A stretch of DNA of 64,000 bases, from the IMG/VR virus record IMGVR_UViG_3300025381_000007; one strand, 5' to 3'. Below, in pieces: positions 1-8,590 of this stretch. Within the stretch, counting starts at the first letter, position 1, and the number at the start of each line of letters is the position of its first letter. The position numbers and the translations under genes are program-made. Origin of the DNA: a virus. Under the pieces are notes generated by a model. That model made no database searches, had not been told where the DNA came from, and was given only the letters and a program-made list of their open reading frames with translations.

Positions 1-148
1 CGCTGGACCAAGACTCTACTGCTGGATTATTATCGCAAAAAGTCATAAAAGTTAACTCCCACCCACTACGATAATAAGGTTGTTTGGTACCTACATACTT
101 GTCGGGATTTTTTGGTGTGTAAAAACTTTGGGCAAATTTTAAGCTCAT
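1..148 (-). CDS. gp4: Head completion nuclease, T4 gp4-like (runs off the left window edge)
   Basis: Not in the ORF track. Manual translation from ATG at 148 (ATGA overlap with the upstream stop) gives MSLKFAQSFYTPKNPDKYVGTKQPYYRSGWELTFMTFCDNNPAVESWSS, matching the gp4/TnsA-like N-terminal motif P.NP.KY.G....YRS.WE..FM..CD.NP.V..W.S. Confidence 0.85.
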   Translation of the reverse strand, partial: MSLKFAQSFYTPKNPDKYVGTKQPYYRSGWELTFMTFCDNNPAVESWSS

Positions 149-525
149 GCTAATATATTACGCTGTACTGGATCAAAAGGAGCTACGGTATTTCCAACTC
201 CTAGATAACTGGATTTAAATCTGTTGTAGTTTAAAATAGCTGTAGCAACAGAACTCAATGATGCTGCATCCTGTGCCCGTAACGAATCGATCACGCTCAT
301 AGGGTTAAGATTATCCTGCTGACATTGTGTCATAATAATCGATGTTATGGACTTAGCTGTACTAATATCAAATCCTTTGTTTTCAAAGAAACCAGTCATA
401 GCATTGAATACATTTGCATCTAGCTGTACAGGCATCGAATATAAGTTATTAAATGTATACGATGCGTTATCAACACTGTTATTATTAGGTGGAGGATTGT
501 TGGGTAGATTGCTAAAATTATTCAT
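145..525 (-). CDS. Hypothetical protein (126 aa), probably virion-related
   Basis: ORF tightly packed between the tube-like gene and the gp4-like gene; no recognisable motif. Confidence 0.7.
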   Translation of the reverse strand: MNNFSNLPNNPPPNNNSVDNASYTFNNLYSMPVQLDANVFNAMTGFFENKGFDISTAKSITSIIMTQCQQDNLNPMSVIDSLRAQDAASLSSVATAILNYNRFKSSYLGVGNTVAPFDPVQRNILA

Positions 526-527
526 GG

Positions 528-1667
528 TTATTGCCCTCCGGGAGTAAACTTATTAGTTGACAATGTACCTTGTTGAGGAATAACACCTCCACCTACTACA
601 TTGGCAGGGTTAGCAGTTATTGCACCAATAGCTCCTCCGATCAATGTTTGTTTTACATTGAATCCATAAACATTCCAAGCCTGCCTTGGATTTTTAGCAA
701 ATGTCTTAATCAGATTAATATCACTAATAATCTGTCCTATTGTTAAACCGTTCTTTGCCTGCTGACTGACTATAGGTCCTGATTGGCCACTTAGTCCTCC
801 GCGAGTTCCTCCTGTGGGCATTGGTTGATTTACATTTTGTGCATTATCTGTTTTATAATATGAAAAAGTCGGTGGAATAGCAGTCTGTGGGGAACTTGCA
901 GGCAATGGAGAAACAGTTTTATCATATACCGCTTCGTCTTCAAATAATGTTACAAAATCGTCACCGCTGGCCGGAGCTGCTAATCTACCAGAAGAATATA
1001 CTACATCTTCATAGACCACTGACATTTTATTTTTTAAAATCTTAGTACCTTCCTGAGATAAGGAGTCATGATCCCAGTTAGTTATCATTGGATTTATTAT
1101 TTTTATTTTAGTGTATCTTCCACCTGACAATAAAAATATTTCAATACTATCTAAAAAATATTGTTGAGATGCTTGATTAGCACCGGGCTGTGCTGGGTTA
1201 TATCCATAAGGATAATCAAGTGTTCCGTATTTGGTATCTCCATACGCTGCCTTTATGTTAGGAGAATTAGGGTCACTATATCTACTATCTTGATAAAAAT
1301 ACTTGTAGTAGTTAAGCCAAAAACTGTTTACCTCATCACTAACATCGTCATGGAATGTAAAACTCATAGGCTCATATGCTATTTTAGTTTGTACATTGGT
1401 TTTTCTATTATACTGATTTAATGTATCAGTTGTTATTTTAAACTTAGGAAGTTGTACTTCCTGTACCAATAATGCTAGATATTTTCTAGCCCATTCACTG
1501 GCTAGGTATTGTTGGGCATCTATGATTTTTTGATTTATAGTAAAATGAACACAGTACATGTGTCCAAATTTAGGAATATGTTGATATCTTGCGCCGCCGC
1601 CTAGATATAATCTAGTTGCGTGTTTATATGTTGTAAGACTGGGGGGTTGATCAAAAAAGTCGGCCAT
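528..1667 (-). CDS. Tail tube-like protein (gp19/gp54-type tube initiator) with low-complexity C-terminal extension
   Basis: LVQEVQLPKFKITTDTLNQYNRK...YEPMSFTFHDD and MITNWDHDSLS...MSVVYEDVVY follow the T4 gp19-family tube pattern; lies directly downstream of the true tube gene. Confidence 0.7.
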   Translation of the reverse strand: MADFFDQPPSLTTYKHATRLYLGGGARYQHIPKFGHMYCVHFTINQKIIDAQQYLASEWARKYLALLVQEVQLPKFKITTDTLNQYNRKTNVQTKIAYEPMSFTFHDDVSDEVNSFWLNYYKYFYQDSRYSDPNSPNIKAAYGDTKYGTLDYPYGYNPAQPGANQASQQYFLDSIEIFLLSGGRYTKIKIINPMITNWDHDSLSQEGTKILKNKMSVVYEDVVYSSGRLAAPASGDDFVTLFEDEAVYDKTVSPLPASSPQTAIPPTFSYYKTDNAQNVNQPMPTGGTRGGLSGQSGPIVSQQAKNGLTIGQIISDINLIKTFAKNPRQAWNVYGFNVKQTLIGGAIGAITANPANVVGGGVIPQQGTLSTNKFTPGGQ

Positions 1668-1672
1668 AACAA

Positions 1673-1678
1673 TATTTA
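1673..1678 (-). promoter_or_regulatory. Putative late promoter core TAAATA
   Basis: Minus-strand ACTAAATA ends 5 nt before the ATG at 1667; resembles the T4 gp55-dependent TATAAATA. Confidence 0.6.
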
Positions 1679-1684
1679 GTTCGT

Positions 1685-1712
1685 AAAAAAGCCTGGGTTT
1701 AATGCCAGGCTT
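1685..1712 (-). terminator. Rho-independent terminator after the tail tube gene
   Basis: AAGCCTGG-N8-CCAGGCTT stem followed by a U6 tract on the minus strand. Confidence 0.75.
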
Positions 1713-1731
1713 AGTTTGAGTTTACATTATA

Positions 1732-2361
1732 TTAAACCGCTGATTGGAATAATGGTCGTTCTCTCAACGATGGGTCAACTAGTGTTGCACCGGCGGCATC
1801 TGTTTGATATGCGTTATCGAAACAAATAGTCATTTCAATTTCCATCGGATCGCTCTTGCTGTAGTCATTACCACTATATTGTACACCTTGTAACCAGCAT
1901 CCCTGAACTTGGAACGCTTCTAGTGTTTGTGGAGTAAACTGACCATTTCCACCGTCTAGGATTTCGATGGTCATATAGAACTTGTAATCTTGTCCACTAA
2001 ACGCACTAGATTGATTAAAGAAATCAAACTGTTGTTGTAGTTGTTGACCAACTAGCTTAGTTACGTTATTATTGATATCGTCACGAACTTTTAGTTTGAT
2101 GTTGCTAAACTTATATTTTCCAGCAAGTTTAACTGTGCTGTTATATACATCTAGTTTAACTTCATCAAATTGCGGATTTGGACGATCAACCATCATAACC
2201 TGTTTGGTTAGTTCTGTAGAAAATCCAGGAGTTGCACCAAAGTTTGTTAGAGTAACGCGAAAGCGATACGCTAGTTTTGGCATCAGTAACCCTTGGTTAG
2301 AGTTGCTTTGGCCTCCTGCGGCCAAAGGTACTGTGAAATTACTTAAACTTGCTGTTGGCAT
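1732..2361 (-). CDS. gp19: Tail tube protein (T4 gp19-like)
   Basis: 209 aa directly downstream of the sheath; PKLAYRFRV...VDRPNP.FDEVKLDVYNSTVKLAGKYKFSNIKLKVRDD...GCWLQGVQYS..DYS.SDPMEIEMTICFDNA is a typical tube signature. Confidence 0.85.
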   Translation of the reverse strand: MPTASLSNFTVPLAAGGQSNSNQGLLMPKLAYRFRVTLTNFGATPGFSTELTKQVMMVDRPNPQFDEVKLDVYNSTVKLAGKYKFSNIKLKVRDDINNNVTKLVGQQLQQQFDFFNQSSAFSGQDYKFYMTIEILDGGNGQFTPQTLEAFQVQGCWLQGVQYSGNDYSKSDPMEIEMTICFDNAYQTDAAGATLVDPSLRERPLFQSAV

Positions 2362-2382
2362 TTTATGCTCCTTATCCTTTTA

Positions 2383-5300
2383 TTATTGTCCGGTTGAACT
2401 ATTGTTTGATCCTGTTGCTTTACTGCTGTAGTTACCAGATGCAATAGCACCAGTGTTCAACAATCTCAAAGGAATGTAAATGAACTCAACAGATTTAACT
2501 GGCTCAATAGCAACGTCAACCCATAGTTCATTACGATCAATTCTTGTACTTGTATTATTTGTAGTATCACATACAACTACAAAGTCGTATAATGCACGTT
2601 GAGCTACAAGTTCTAACAACAAGTTTTCAATACTTGTTTTGATTTCACTACGTGTTTGAGCATCATTAGGCTCAAACAAGAATGGTTTAGCCAATACACC
2701 TAAACGACGACGTAAGTAAGCAACTAATCTAGCAACATTGATACGATTCAATGCTGTGCTTTGTGGATCGCGTGTATACTGTCCCATAGCTGTTAAACCA
2801 GCACCTGGTAGTGTAGCAATAGGATTAACTTGTACACCTGCTAACACATTACGTAGACTTTCGTAGATGCTTGTAGGAATAAACTCACCAGTTACAGAGT
2901 CAACATAGCCGACGCTGCTTGCATTTGTAATGCCACCACGGTTTGTACCAGCTGGAGCAAACCAAGGATAAGCAACATTGTCATTGTTGATGATTGTGTG
3001 AAGCATCATGTGGCTTGGTGGAACAATAATGTTGTTACCAAGATTGTCAGTTGTACGACCGCTTGGATAGTAAACTGCTAGGTAGTTGTCATATTCTACA
3101 AGGCCAGCATCGCCATCGCTTGTGGCTAGGGCAGCATTTTTACCCCAGTTAGACAATGTAGTAGCTTCGCTAGATAAACGGAATGGTGTATCGCCAACAA
3201 CTAGTGCTAGTTGACCAATATCGCTGTTTAAACTAACCATAGCTGATATCAACTCTGTATAGCCAGGAGTTGCAATCAAGTTATAGGCCAATGTATCTGT
3301 ATCTCGTACACCTGTGCTAGTTGTTACTAATGCTTCTAGAGCTTTGACAACAACAGCACGTTGAGCTAAACGACCAAATGTTCCACGACCTTTATCATCG
3401 TTTGCACTGGCTGTTACCCAACGGTCTAATGAGTAGCTTGCTTGACTTTCATTGCCATTATTAGCATTTACACCGTTAGGATTAATGTAGTTTGCTACAT
3501 ATTTCTTAACGTTGTTGCCACTACGACGAGTATTCCATAAACGTGTTCCACGTGGATATGATAGTGCGGATACACAATCAGGATCAGCATAGTTGCTGAT
3601 TAGCAAATCAGTAATACTAGTAATGTAGTTAGGAGCATCCATGCCGTTGTCTGACCAACGAGCATCAGCAAATACCCAACCATTTGGACTGTGATGATCT
3701 GTAGTATCTTGTAATACCCAGCCATTAGCACCAGTACCAGCAGCGGTATTATAAACATAGATATTATGTCCATAGCCGTCACCAGCAGATGTATCGACCC
3801 AAATATCACCGTTTACTAGTGCGCTAACACCGTTACTTTGTGTTGTTGGAGCACTTGCACTTAGCAATGGACCTGTGGCATTTGTATTTGGGAAAGCGTT
3901 TTTGTAACCAATCCAAGCACTACCGTTGTTATATAAAATGTCAACGTCGCCTTGGTAGCTATTAAACCACAATGTACCATCTGCAGGAGTTTCACCAGGA
4001 GCAGTAGGTTGTGAGCTATATGTCATTGGATACCAGTTGCTGACTGCCAATGTAAATGGTGTGTCGCCTGTTGGTGCATTATACAAGTTAGCAACAGTAC
4101 CAACATTTGCAGATTTAATGCCAAGCAATGATAATGGTGTGCCAGTACCGTCTTGTAATTCAATTTCTCCACCAAGGGCGTGATTGATTGTCAAGTTATT
4201 AGTACCTGCATTCCAAGTAGCATAAACATTAACCAAGTTTGTGTTGGTATTGATTGCAGATGCAACTTGTTGTCCTAGTGGAACACTTCCGCTACCAATA
4301 ACATTAACGGTTACATTACTATGCCAGGTACCAGTTGTAGTTGTTTCACGGAGTGTAAATGTTGTGTTGCCAGAGTTTGTAGTTCCGCTTGATACAGATA
4401 ATGTAGTAACACCAGTATTAGCACGAATAAACAATTCAAAGTTAGCATTGTTAACATTATTAACATCTGAATCAATGAATATTGTATTTGCTGCAATATT
4501 TAAGCCGCCACCAACGCTGTCTAATGCTTGAATAGCACCTTGTCTGCTTGCGTAGATAGGAGCATTAACACTGGTCCAAGCATCTGTACTAGCATTAAAA
4601 TATTTCACATCCCAGTTAGCACCATTGCTTACTGGAGTTGTACAGATCCAAACGCTGCCTGTAGCAGTGCTTGCATCAAAGTTAGGATAGTTATAGTTAG
4701 GACTGATTTGTAAAGATTTACCACTGTCGAAACCGTTTTGTACTTTTACCCAAGCGCCAGCAGTTGCAGATTTATAATATAACTGAGGAAGGCTAGGACT
4801 AGAGTTACTGGTATTGCTAGGAATAACCATAGCAAAATCACCAAGTGAGCCATAAGACTGTAATGGGAATCCACCTGAGAATTCAGCGGTGTTTGTATCG
4901 TCAATGATATCTGGGGTAACTAGTGTGAAACCACCTGCACCATAGTTAGAAGCAGTATTCCAAACATTGATGCCAAACTTGCTGTCAGCAGTATCTACCC
5001 AAATAGAACCAGCCATTGGGGTTCCTGTAGGTTGTGTGTTTGAACCTGCGATTTGACCTAGGTCGATATCAGCACGAACAACATAGGCTTGGCTTGTTGC
5101 ACCAAGAACGCTGTATGCTGCTTGTAGACCGTATTCGTTGATTTCACTGGCGTTAACTGGGGTACCAGCAACTGTTTGGAAATAAGGTGTACCGAATGTA
5201 TCCACTAAATCGCGTTGGCTAGTGATAACCCAGACAGTGCCTGCGTTTGATTTGGTAGTACCTTGTGCAATGCCTGTGCCGCTAGCGTTAGATTTATTTT

Positions 5301-5409
5301 CTGCTGTTGCTACGAAAATCAACGGAACAGTGCCAGGAGCAGCCGGAGCATAAAAACTCTGGTCTATAACTGATACGCTTACGCCTGGTGATTGTAATGA
5401 TTGTGCCAT
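2383..5409 (-). CDS. gp18: Contractile tail sheath protein (T4 gp18-like) with large inserted domains
   Basis: N-terminal LQSPGVSVSVIDQSFY; C-terminal WFAPAGTNRG, NRINVARL, FLFEPND..TR and IEPVKSVEFIYIPL are conserved sheath motifs. Confidence 0.95.
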   Translation of the reverse strand: MAQSLQSPGVSVSVIDQSFYAPAAPGTVPLIFVATAENKSNASGTGIAQGTTKSNAGTVWVITSQRDLVDTFGTPYFQTVAGTPVNASEINEYGLQAAYSVLGATSQAYVVRADIDLGQIAGSNTQPTGTPMAGSIWVDTADSKFGINVWNTASNYGAGGFTLVTPDIIDDTNTAEFSGGFPLQSYGSLGDFAMVIPSNTSNSSPSLPQLYYKSATAGAWVKVQNGFDSGKSLQISPNYNYPNFDASTATGSVWICTTPVSNGANWDVKYFNASTDAWTSVNAPIYASRQGAIQALDSVGGGLNIAANTIFIDSDVNNVNNANFELFIRANTGVTTLSVSSGTTNSGNTTFTLRETTTTGTWHSNVTVNVIGSGSVPLGQQVASAINTNTNLVNVYATWNAGTNNLTINHALGGEIELQDGTGTPLSLLGIKSANVGTVANLYNAPTGDTPFTLAVSNWYPMTYSSQPTAPGETPADGTLWFNSYQGDVDILYNNGSAWIGYKNAFPNTNATGPLLSASAPTTQSNGVSALVNGDIWVDTSAGDGYGHNIYVYNTAAGTGANGWVLQDTTDHHSPNGWVFADARWSDNGMDAPNYITSITDLLISNYADPDCVSALSYPRGTRLWNTRRSGNNVKKYVANYINPNGVNANNGNESQASYSLDRWVTASANDDKGRGTFGRLAQRAVVVKALEALVTTSTGVRDTDTLAYNLIATPGYTELISAMVSLNSDIGQLALVVGDTPFRLSSEATTLSNWGKNAALATSDGDAGLVEYDNYLAVYYPSGRTTDNLGNNIIVPPSHMMLHTIINNDNVAYPWFAPAGTNRGGITNASSVGYVDSVTGEFIPTSIYESLRNVLAGVQVNPIATLPGAGLTAMGQYTRDPQSTALNRINVARLVAYLRRRLGVLAKPFLFEPNDAQTRSEIKTSIENLLLELVAQRALYDFVVVCDTTNNTSTRIDRNELWVDVAIEPVKSVEFIYIPLRLLNTGAIASGNYSSKATGSNNSSTGQ

Positions 5410-5441
5410 CTTAAAAAACTCCTTAGTGGATTACTTTGTTT

Positions 5442-5478
5442 TATTTAGCACCAAATAGAAAAATTTAAGGGTTAAATA
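5442..5478. promoter_or_regulatory. Divergent pair of putative late promoters (TAAATA on minus at 5442-5447, on plus at 5473-5478)
   Basis: GCTAAATA upstream of the sheath gene and GTTAAATA upstream of the HNH/Zn gene. Confidence 0.55.
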
Positions 5479-5510
5479 CCATGTGAAAAGGGCACCAAAA
5501 AGGGCGGGTT

Positions 5511-5846
5511 ATGCGTAAACTTTGTAAAGAATGTGGTCAAAGACCAGTGGCAATCAACTACTATAAAGAAGGAAAGCCATTCTACAGGTCTAAATGCGAC
5601 CATTGTGCCAAGGGTAGGAAAAAAGAAAAGCCGCTGTGGGCCTTGGCTGGATATAAGAAAAAATCAGTTTGCGAAAAGTGTAACTACACTTCTAAACACA
5701 GCGAACAGTTTAATGTATTTTATGTAGACGGAAATCTACACAATAATAGATTTACTAATCTAAAAACAGTATGCGCTAACTGCCAGCGCATACTTCACAA
5801 AGAAGGAGTTAGGTGGCGGCAGGGAGATCTGCGACCTGATTATTAA
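5511..5846 (+). CDS. Zn-finger/HNH-fold protein, probably catalytically degenerate
   Basis: Four CxxC pairs (CKEC, CDHC, CEKC, CANC) and an HNH-like segment FYVDGNLHNNRFTNLKTVCANCQRILH. Confidence 0.75.
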   Translation: MRKLCKECGQRPVAINYYKEGKPFYRSKCDHCAKGRKKEKPLWALAGYKKKSVCEKCNYTSKHSEQFNVFYVDGNLHNNRFTNLKTVCANCQRILHKEGVRWRQGDLRPDY

Positions 5847-6471
5847 TAATAGACTCTATCTGTTTGTACAAGTCATCAATAGATCCGTCATTACTCACAG
5901 TAAAATCTGTTTTGTAGCCAACCCAAGCAGTTTCACTATCGTGGATCTTTAGTTTTTCCATTTTTGCCACACTCAATGCCCACGATGTATTCGCAACAGG
6001 GCCTCGGTTTACACTGGCAGCGGCTTCAAACCAAGCAGGATCATCGCCTCGTTTGATACGAACAACAATGCCACCTGCATCATGAATGGCTTTGATTTCG
6101 TTGGGGAAACGCACATCACTGATAACAATGTTGTCAGCAGTTTTACGCATCTTGTTCTCTACACTAGCGATCCAAATATCATCATGGAACCCGTTGCGGC
6201 AAACTTCGGTTCCCCAATATTGTAAAACCCAGCGAGGTGTTAATTCAGGCATGTCGAGTCGTTTAGCCCACCAAGGATCCACTTGTTCTCGCCATTCACG
6301 GGCTTCTTTTGTGCGGCCTTCTAATAGTGTTCTATCCCAGCCAAATACTGCGGCTACAGCATCTTTAAGTGTGTTGGCAAAACTGTCTCTTCTAAAACCA
6401 TGCGAATTAACTAAAAAGTCTGCGGCAGTATCTTTGCCAGAACCAATCAAACCCACGAAGCCAATAATCAT
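5809..6471 (-). CDS. Deoxynucleoside monophosphate kinase (T4 gp1-like)
   Basis: P-loop GLIGSGKDT, SFANTLKD, TPRWVLQYWGTE and VISDVRFPNE are characteristic dNMP kinase motifs. Confidence 0.92.
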   Translation of the reverse strand: MIIGFVGLIGSGKDTAADFLVNSHGFRRDSFANTLKDAVAAVFGWDRTLLEGRTKEAREWREQVDPWWAKRLDMPELTPRWVLQYWGTEVCRNGFHDDIWIASVENKMRKTADNIVISDVRFPNEIKAIHDAGGIVVRIKRGDDPAWFEAAASVNRGPVANTSWALSVAKMEKLKIHDSETAWVGYKTDFTVSNDGSIDDLYKQIESIINNQVADLPAAT

Positions 6472-6494
6472 ACAATATCTCCAACGATATTATA

Positions 6495-6523
6495 AGTTTA
6501 TAACAACTTTATTACAAGGTCAA
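6495..6523 (-). promoter_or_regulatory. Sigma70-type promoter for the dNMP kinase
   Basis: TTGACC-N17-TAAACT on the minus strand. Confidence 0.7.
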
Positions 6524-6532
6524 GAATTATTT

Positions 6533-7291
6533 TTAGCCAGTTACCCAAGTTAATGGAGTAGAACCTTCTTTGTAGTTGATTAGGTCTTGTTCTAACTGAT
6601 CCATTTCAGCTTTGCCCTCGGCCTTAAGTTGCGATCCGTTTAATCCACTGCTACCCTGTGGTCCTGCAATGGCTGGGAATTTTTCACGAGCTTGACCTAA
6701 CATTACTTTGGCATTAGCTAGGGAGTAGTCTTTTAACCACTGTCCTGCATACATGTCAGCAAACAAGTTAAAATCTGGACGATAGTTGTACATCCAAACT
6801 AAAACTTGTTCAGGGGCAAAAGGTCGTTGTGAAACCGTTAAAGTATGATTAGTTTGATTGTAACTGAAGTTAATATCGCTACCAAACATTTTACCCACTT
6901 GTTTTTGATACGATGCAAAAGAATAGTATGTAGCTAACCCGCCCATGTTAGTGCTGGCCAGCAAATAGGTATTAGAATATGCTAGGTTGAACGGTTCAAA
7001 CAAACTTCCACCGTCTCCACCACCAGTGCGTGATCCAATACTACGTCTAAAAAGTTGACGAATACTGATAACTTCTTTAGGCATCACATATTCGTTGGTA
7101 TCGACTACTAGATCCAAGAATCCAAAACTTTCTTCAACAGCGTTACTACTACGCTGGCGATATTTGGCCAAGGCACGATCGATGGCTTGATTATAATGGA
7201 TAGGATCTAATTCCACATCGACCATTGATCCTCCAAGAAAGGCATATATATAGTCAACTACGTCTTGGCGGCTTTTTTCAGTTTCGTTCAT
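6533..7291 (-). CDS. gp13: Neck protein (T4 gp13-like head-tail adaptor); start reassigned to ATG 7291
   Basis: LGGSMVDVELDP.HYNQAIDRAL..Y and WLKDYSLA.AK.MLGQAREKF..IAGPQG...LNG..LK.EG are gp13-like. The ORF-track start (7369) overlaps the divergent gp14-like gene; ATG 7291 lies 5 nt after a TAAATA motif. Confidence 0.85.
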   Translation of the reverse strand: MNETEKSRQDVVDYIYAFLGGSMVDVELDPIHYNQAIDRALAKYRQRSSNAVEESFGFLDLVVDTNEYVMPKEVISIRQLFRRSIGSRTGGGDGGSLFEPFNLAYSNTYLLASTNMGGLATYYSFASYQKQVGKMFGSDINFSYNQTNHTLTVSQRPFAPEQVLVWMYNYRPDFNLFADMYAGQWLKDYSLANAKVMLGQAREKFPAIAGPQGSSGLNGSQLKAEGKAEMDQLEQDLINYKEGSTPLTWVTG

Positions 7292-7296
7292 AATAA

Positions 7297-7311
7297 TATT
7301 TAGCATAAATA
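7297..7311. promoter_or_regulatory. Back-to-back late promoters TATTTA-GCA-TAAATA
   Basis: The 25-bp divergent spacer contains TAAATA on each strand, each ending 5 nt before an ATG. Confidence 0.7.
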
Positions 7312-7316
7312 GGTAT

Positions 7317-8528
7317 ATGCCAAGATTGTCACTATACCGTCCGGAAAAGGGCAATGATTTCAAGTTCATAGACCGTGTTGTAAATGAACGCTTTCAAGTG
7401 GGCGGAACTGATGTTCTTATTCACAAGTACCTAGGACCAACAAGTCCTAACGCTACTGACGGGGTTACTCCAACTACACCCGATAACAGTACAAATCCTA
7501 CTCCGGAGTTAGGCATACAAGATGTATTATTCATGGAAAACCGTGATAGAAACTATGAACCAGATGTCTATGTTATTCGCGGTATCTATACCATGCAGGA
7601 TTTAGATTTTAATTTAAGTCAGTTTGGTATGTTTTTGACCAATGATACAGTTATGATGCATTTTCATTTGCGTGGTCATGTAGATGCATTGGGGCGTAAG
7701 ATTATGCCAGGGGATGTTATAGAACTTCCTCATCTAAAAGATGAATATGCTATAGACAATAACTTTGTAGCATTAAAAAGATTTTATGTAGTGCAGGATG
7801 TTAGTCGTCCTACCAACGGATTCAGTGTCACATGGTACCCTCACCTAGTTCGTGCCAAATGTGTACCGTTGGTCGATAGTCAAGAATTTAATCAAATACT
7901 TGGACAAGATAGTGGTAATGGTGATGGTAGTACATTACGAGACATTATGAGTACATACAATCAAAGTATACAAATCAATGATCAAATTGTCGAACAAGCC
8001 ATGGCAGATTCTCCAGTTGCAGGTTATGATACTTCGGCGTTTTATATTATCCCTACTAGAGAGTCGGGACTTGTTGATTATGCAGATACCAGTGATACAT
8101 TAGATGATGCCAGCATTGATCAACAAGTATTAGATGCCAGCATGGTATTACATACTCCTAGAAAAAATCTATATGTTGGATATTTGACAGGCAATGGTAT
8201 GCCTCCTAATGGAGCACCATTCAGCCAAGGTGTTATATTCCCTTACAAGCCAGCACAGGGTGCGTTCTTTTTGAGAACAGATTATCAACCCAACGCTCTT
8301 TATAGATACGACGGAACAAACTGGATATTGTTTGAAAAAAATGTTCAAATGACCATGAACGAGTTTGGACAGCAAGATACAACCTCTGGCAGATTTGCTG
8401 GTGCAGCAACTAGACAAACTCAGAAAACTGGATTTATTAACAATACCAATACGGCTACTATTAACGGATCAGTTGTTCAAGAACGCCAGGCATTGAGCAA
8501 GGCACTAAAACCAAAAGCGGATAATTAA
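7317..8528 (+). CDS. gp14: Neck/head closure protein (T4 gp14-like) with C-terminal extension
   Basis: DVLFMENRDRNY...DFNLSQFGMFLTND...GRKIMPGDVIELPHL...TWYPHLVRAKC resembles gp14-type closure proteins; lies between gp13-like and gp15-like genes. Confidence 0.7.
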   Translation: MPRLSLYRPEKGNDFKFIDRVVNERFQVGGTDVLIHKYLGPTSPNATDGVTPTTPDNSTNPTPELGIQDVLFMENRDRNYEPDVYVIRGIYTMQDLDFNLSQFGMFLTNDTVMMHFHLRGHVDALGRKIMPGDVIELPHLKDEYAIDNNFVALKRFYVVQDVSRPTNGFSVTWYPHLVRAKCVPLVDSQEFNQILGQDSGNGDGSTLRDIMSTYNQSIQINDQIVEQAMADSPVAGYDTSAFYIIPTRESGLVDYADTSDTLDDASIDQQVLDASMVLHTPRKNLYVGYLTGNGMPPNGAPFSQGVIFPYKPAQGAFFLRTDYQPNALYRYDGTNWILFEKNVQMTMNEFGQQDTTSGRFAGAATRQTQKTGFINNTNTATINGSVVQERQALSKALKPKADN

Positions 8529-8530
8529 AA

Positions 8531-8590
8531 ATGTATATCTATAAGTTTATACAGAAAAGGCGAGTAATCGCAAATCAGGAGGGTAAGTAG
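8531..8590 (+). CDS. Possible 19-aa micro-ORF MYIYKFIQKRRVIANQEGK
   Basis: ATG 2 nt after the gp14-like stop; its TAG overlaps the GTG (TAGTG) of the gp15-like gene. Expression is not established. Confidence 0.25.
   Translation: MYIYKFIQKRRVIANQEGK

Noticed and set aside
5481-5486. Minimal ATG-TGA ORF just after the plus-strand late motif
   Set aside because: A two-codon ORF is easily found by chance and nothing else supports a function.
5511-5846. Calling the HNH or GIY-YIG genes mobile homing elements or a defence system
   Set aside because: There is no flanking intron, target duplication or immunity gene; the HNH protein lacks catalytic residues, so mobility is unsupported.
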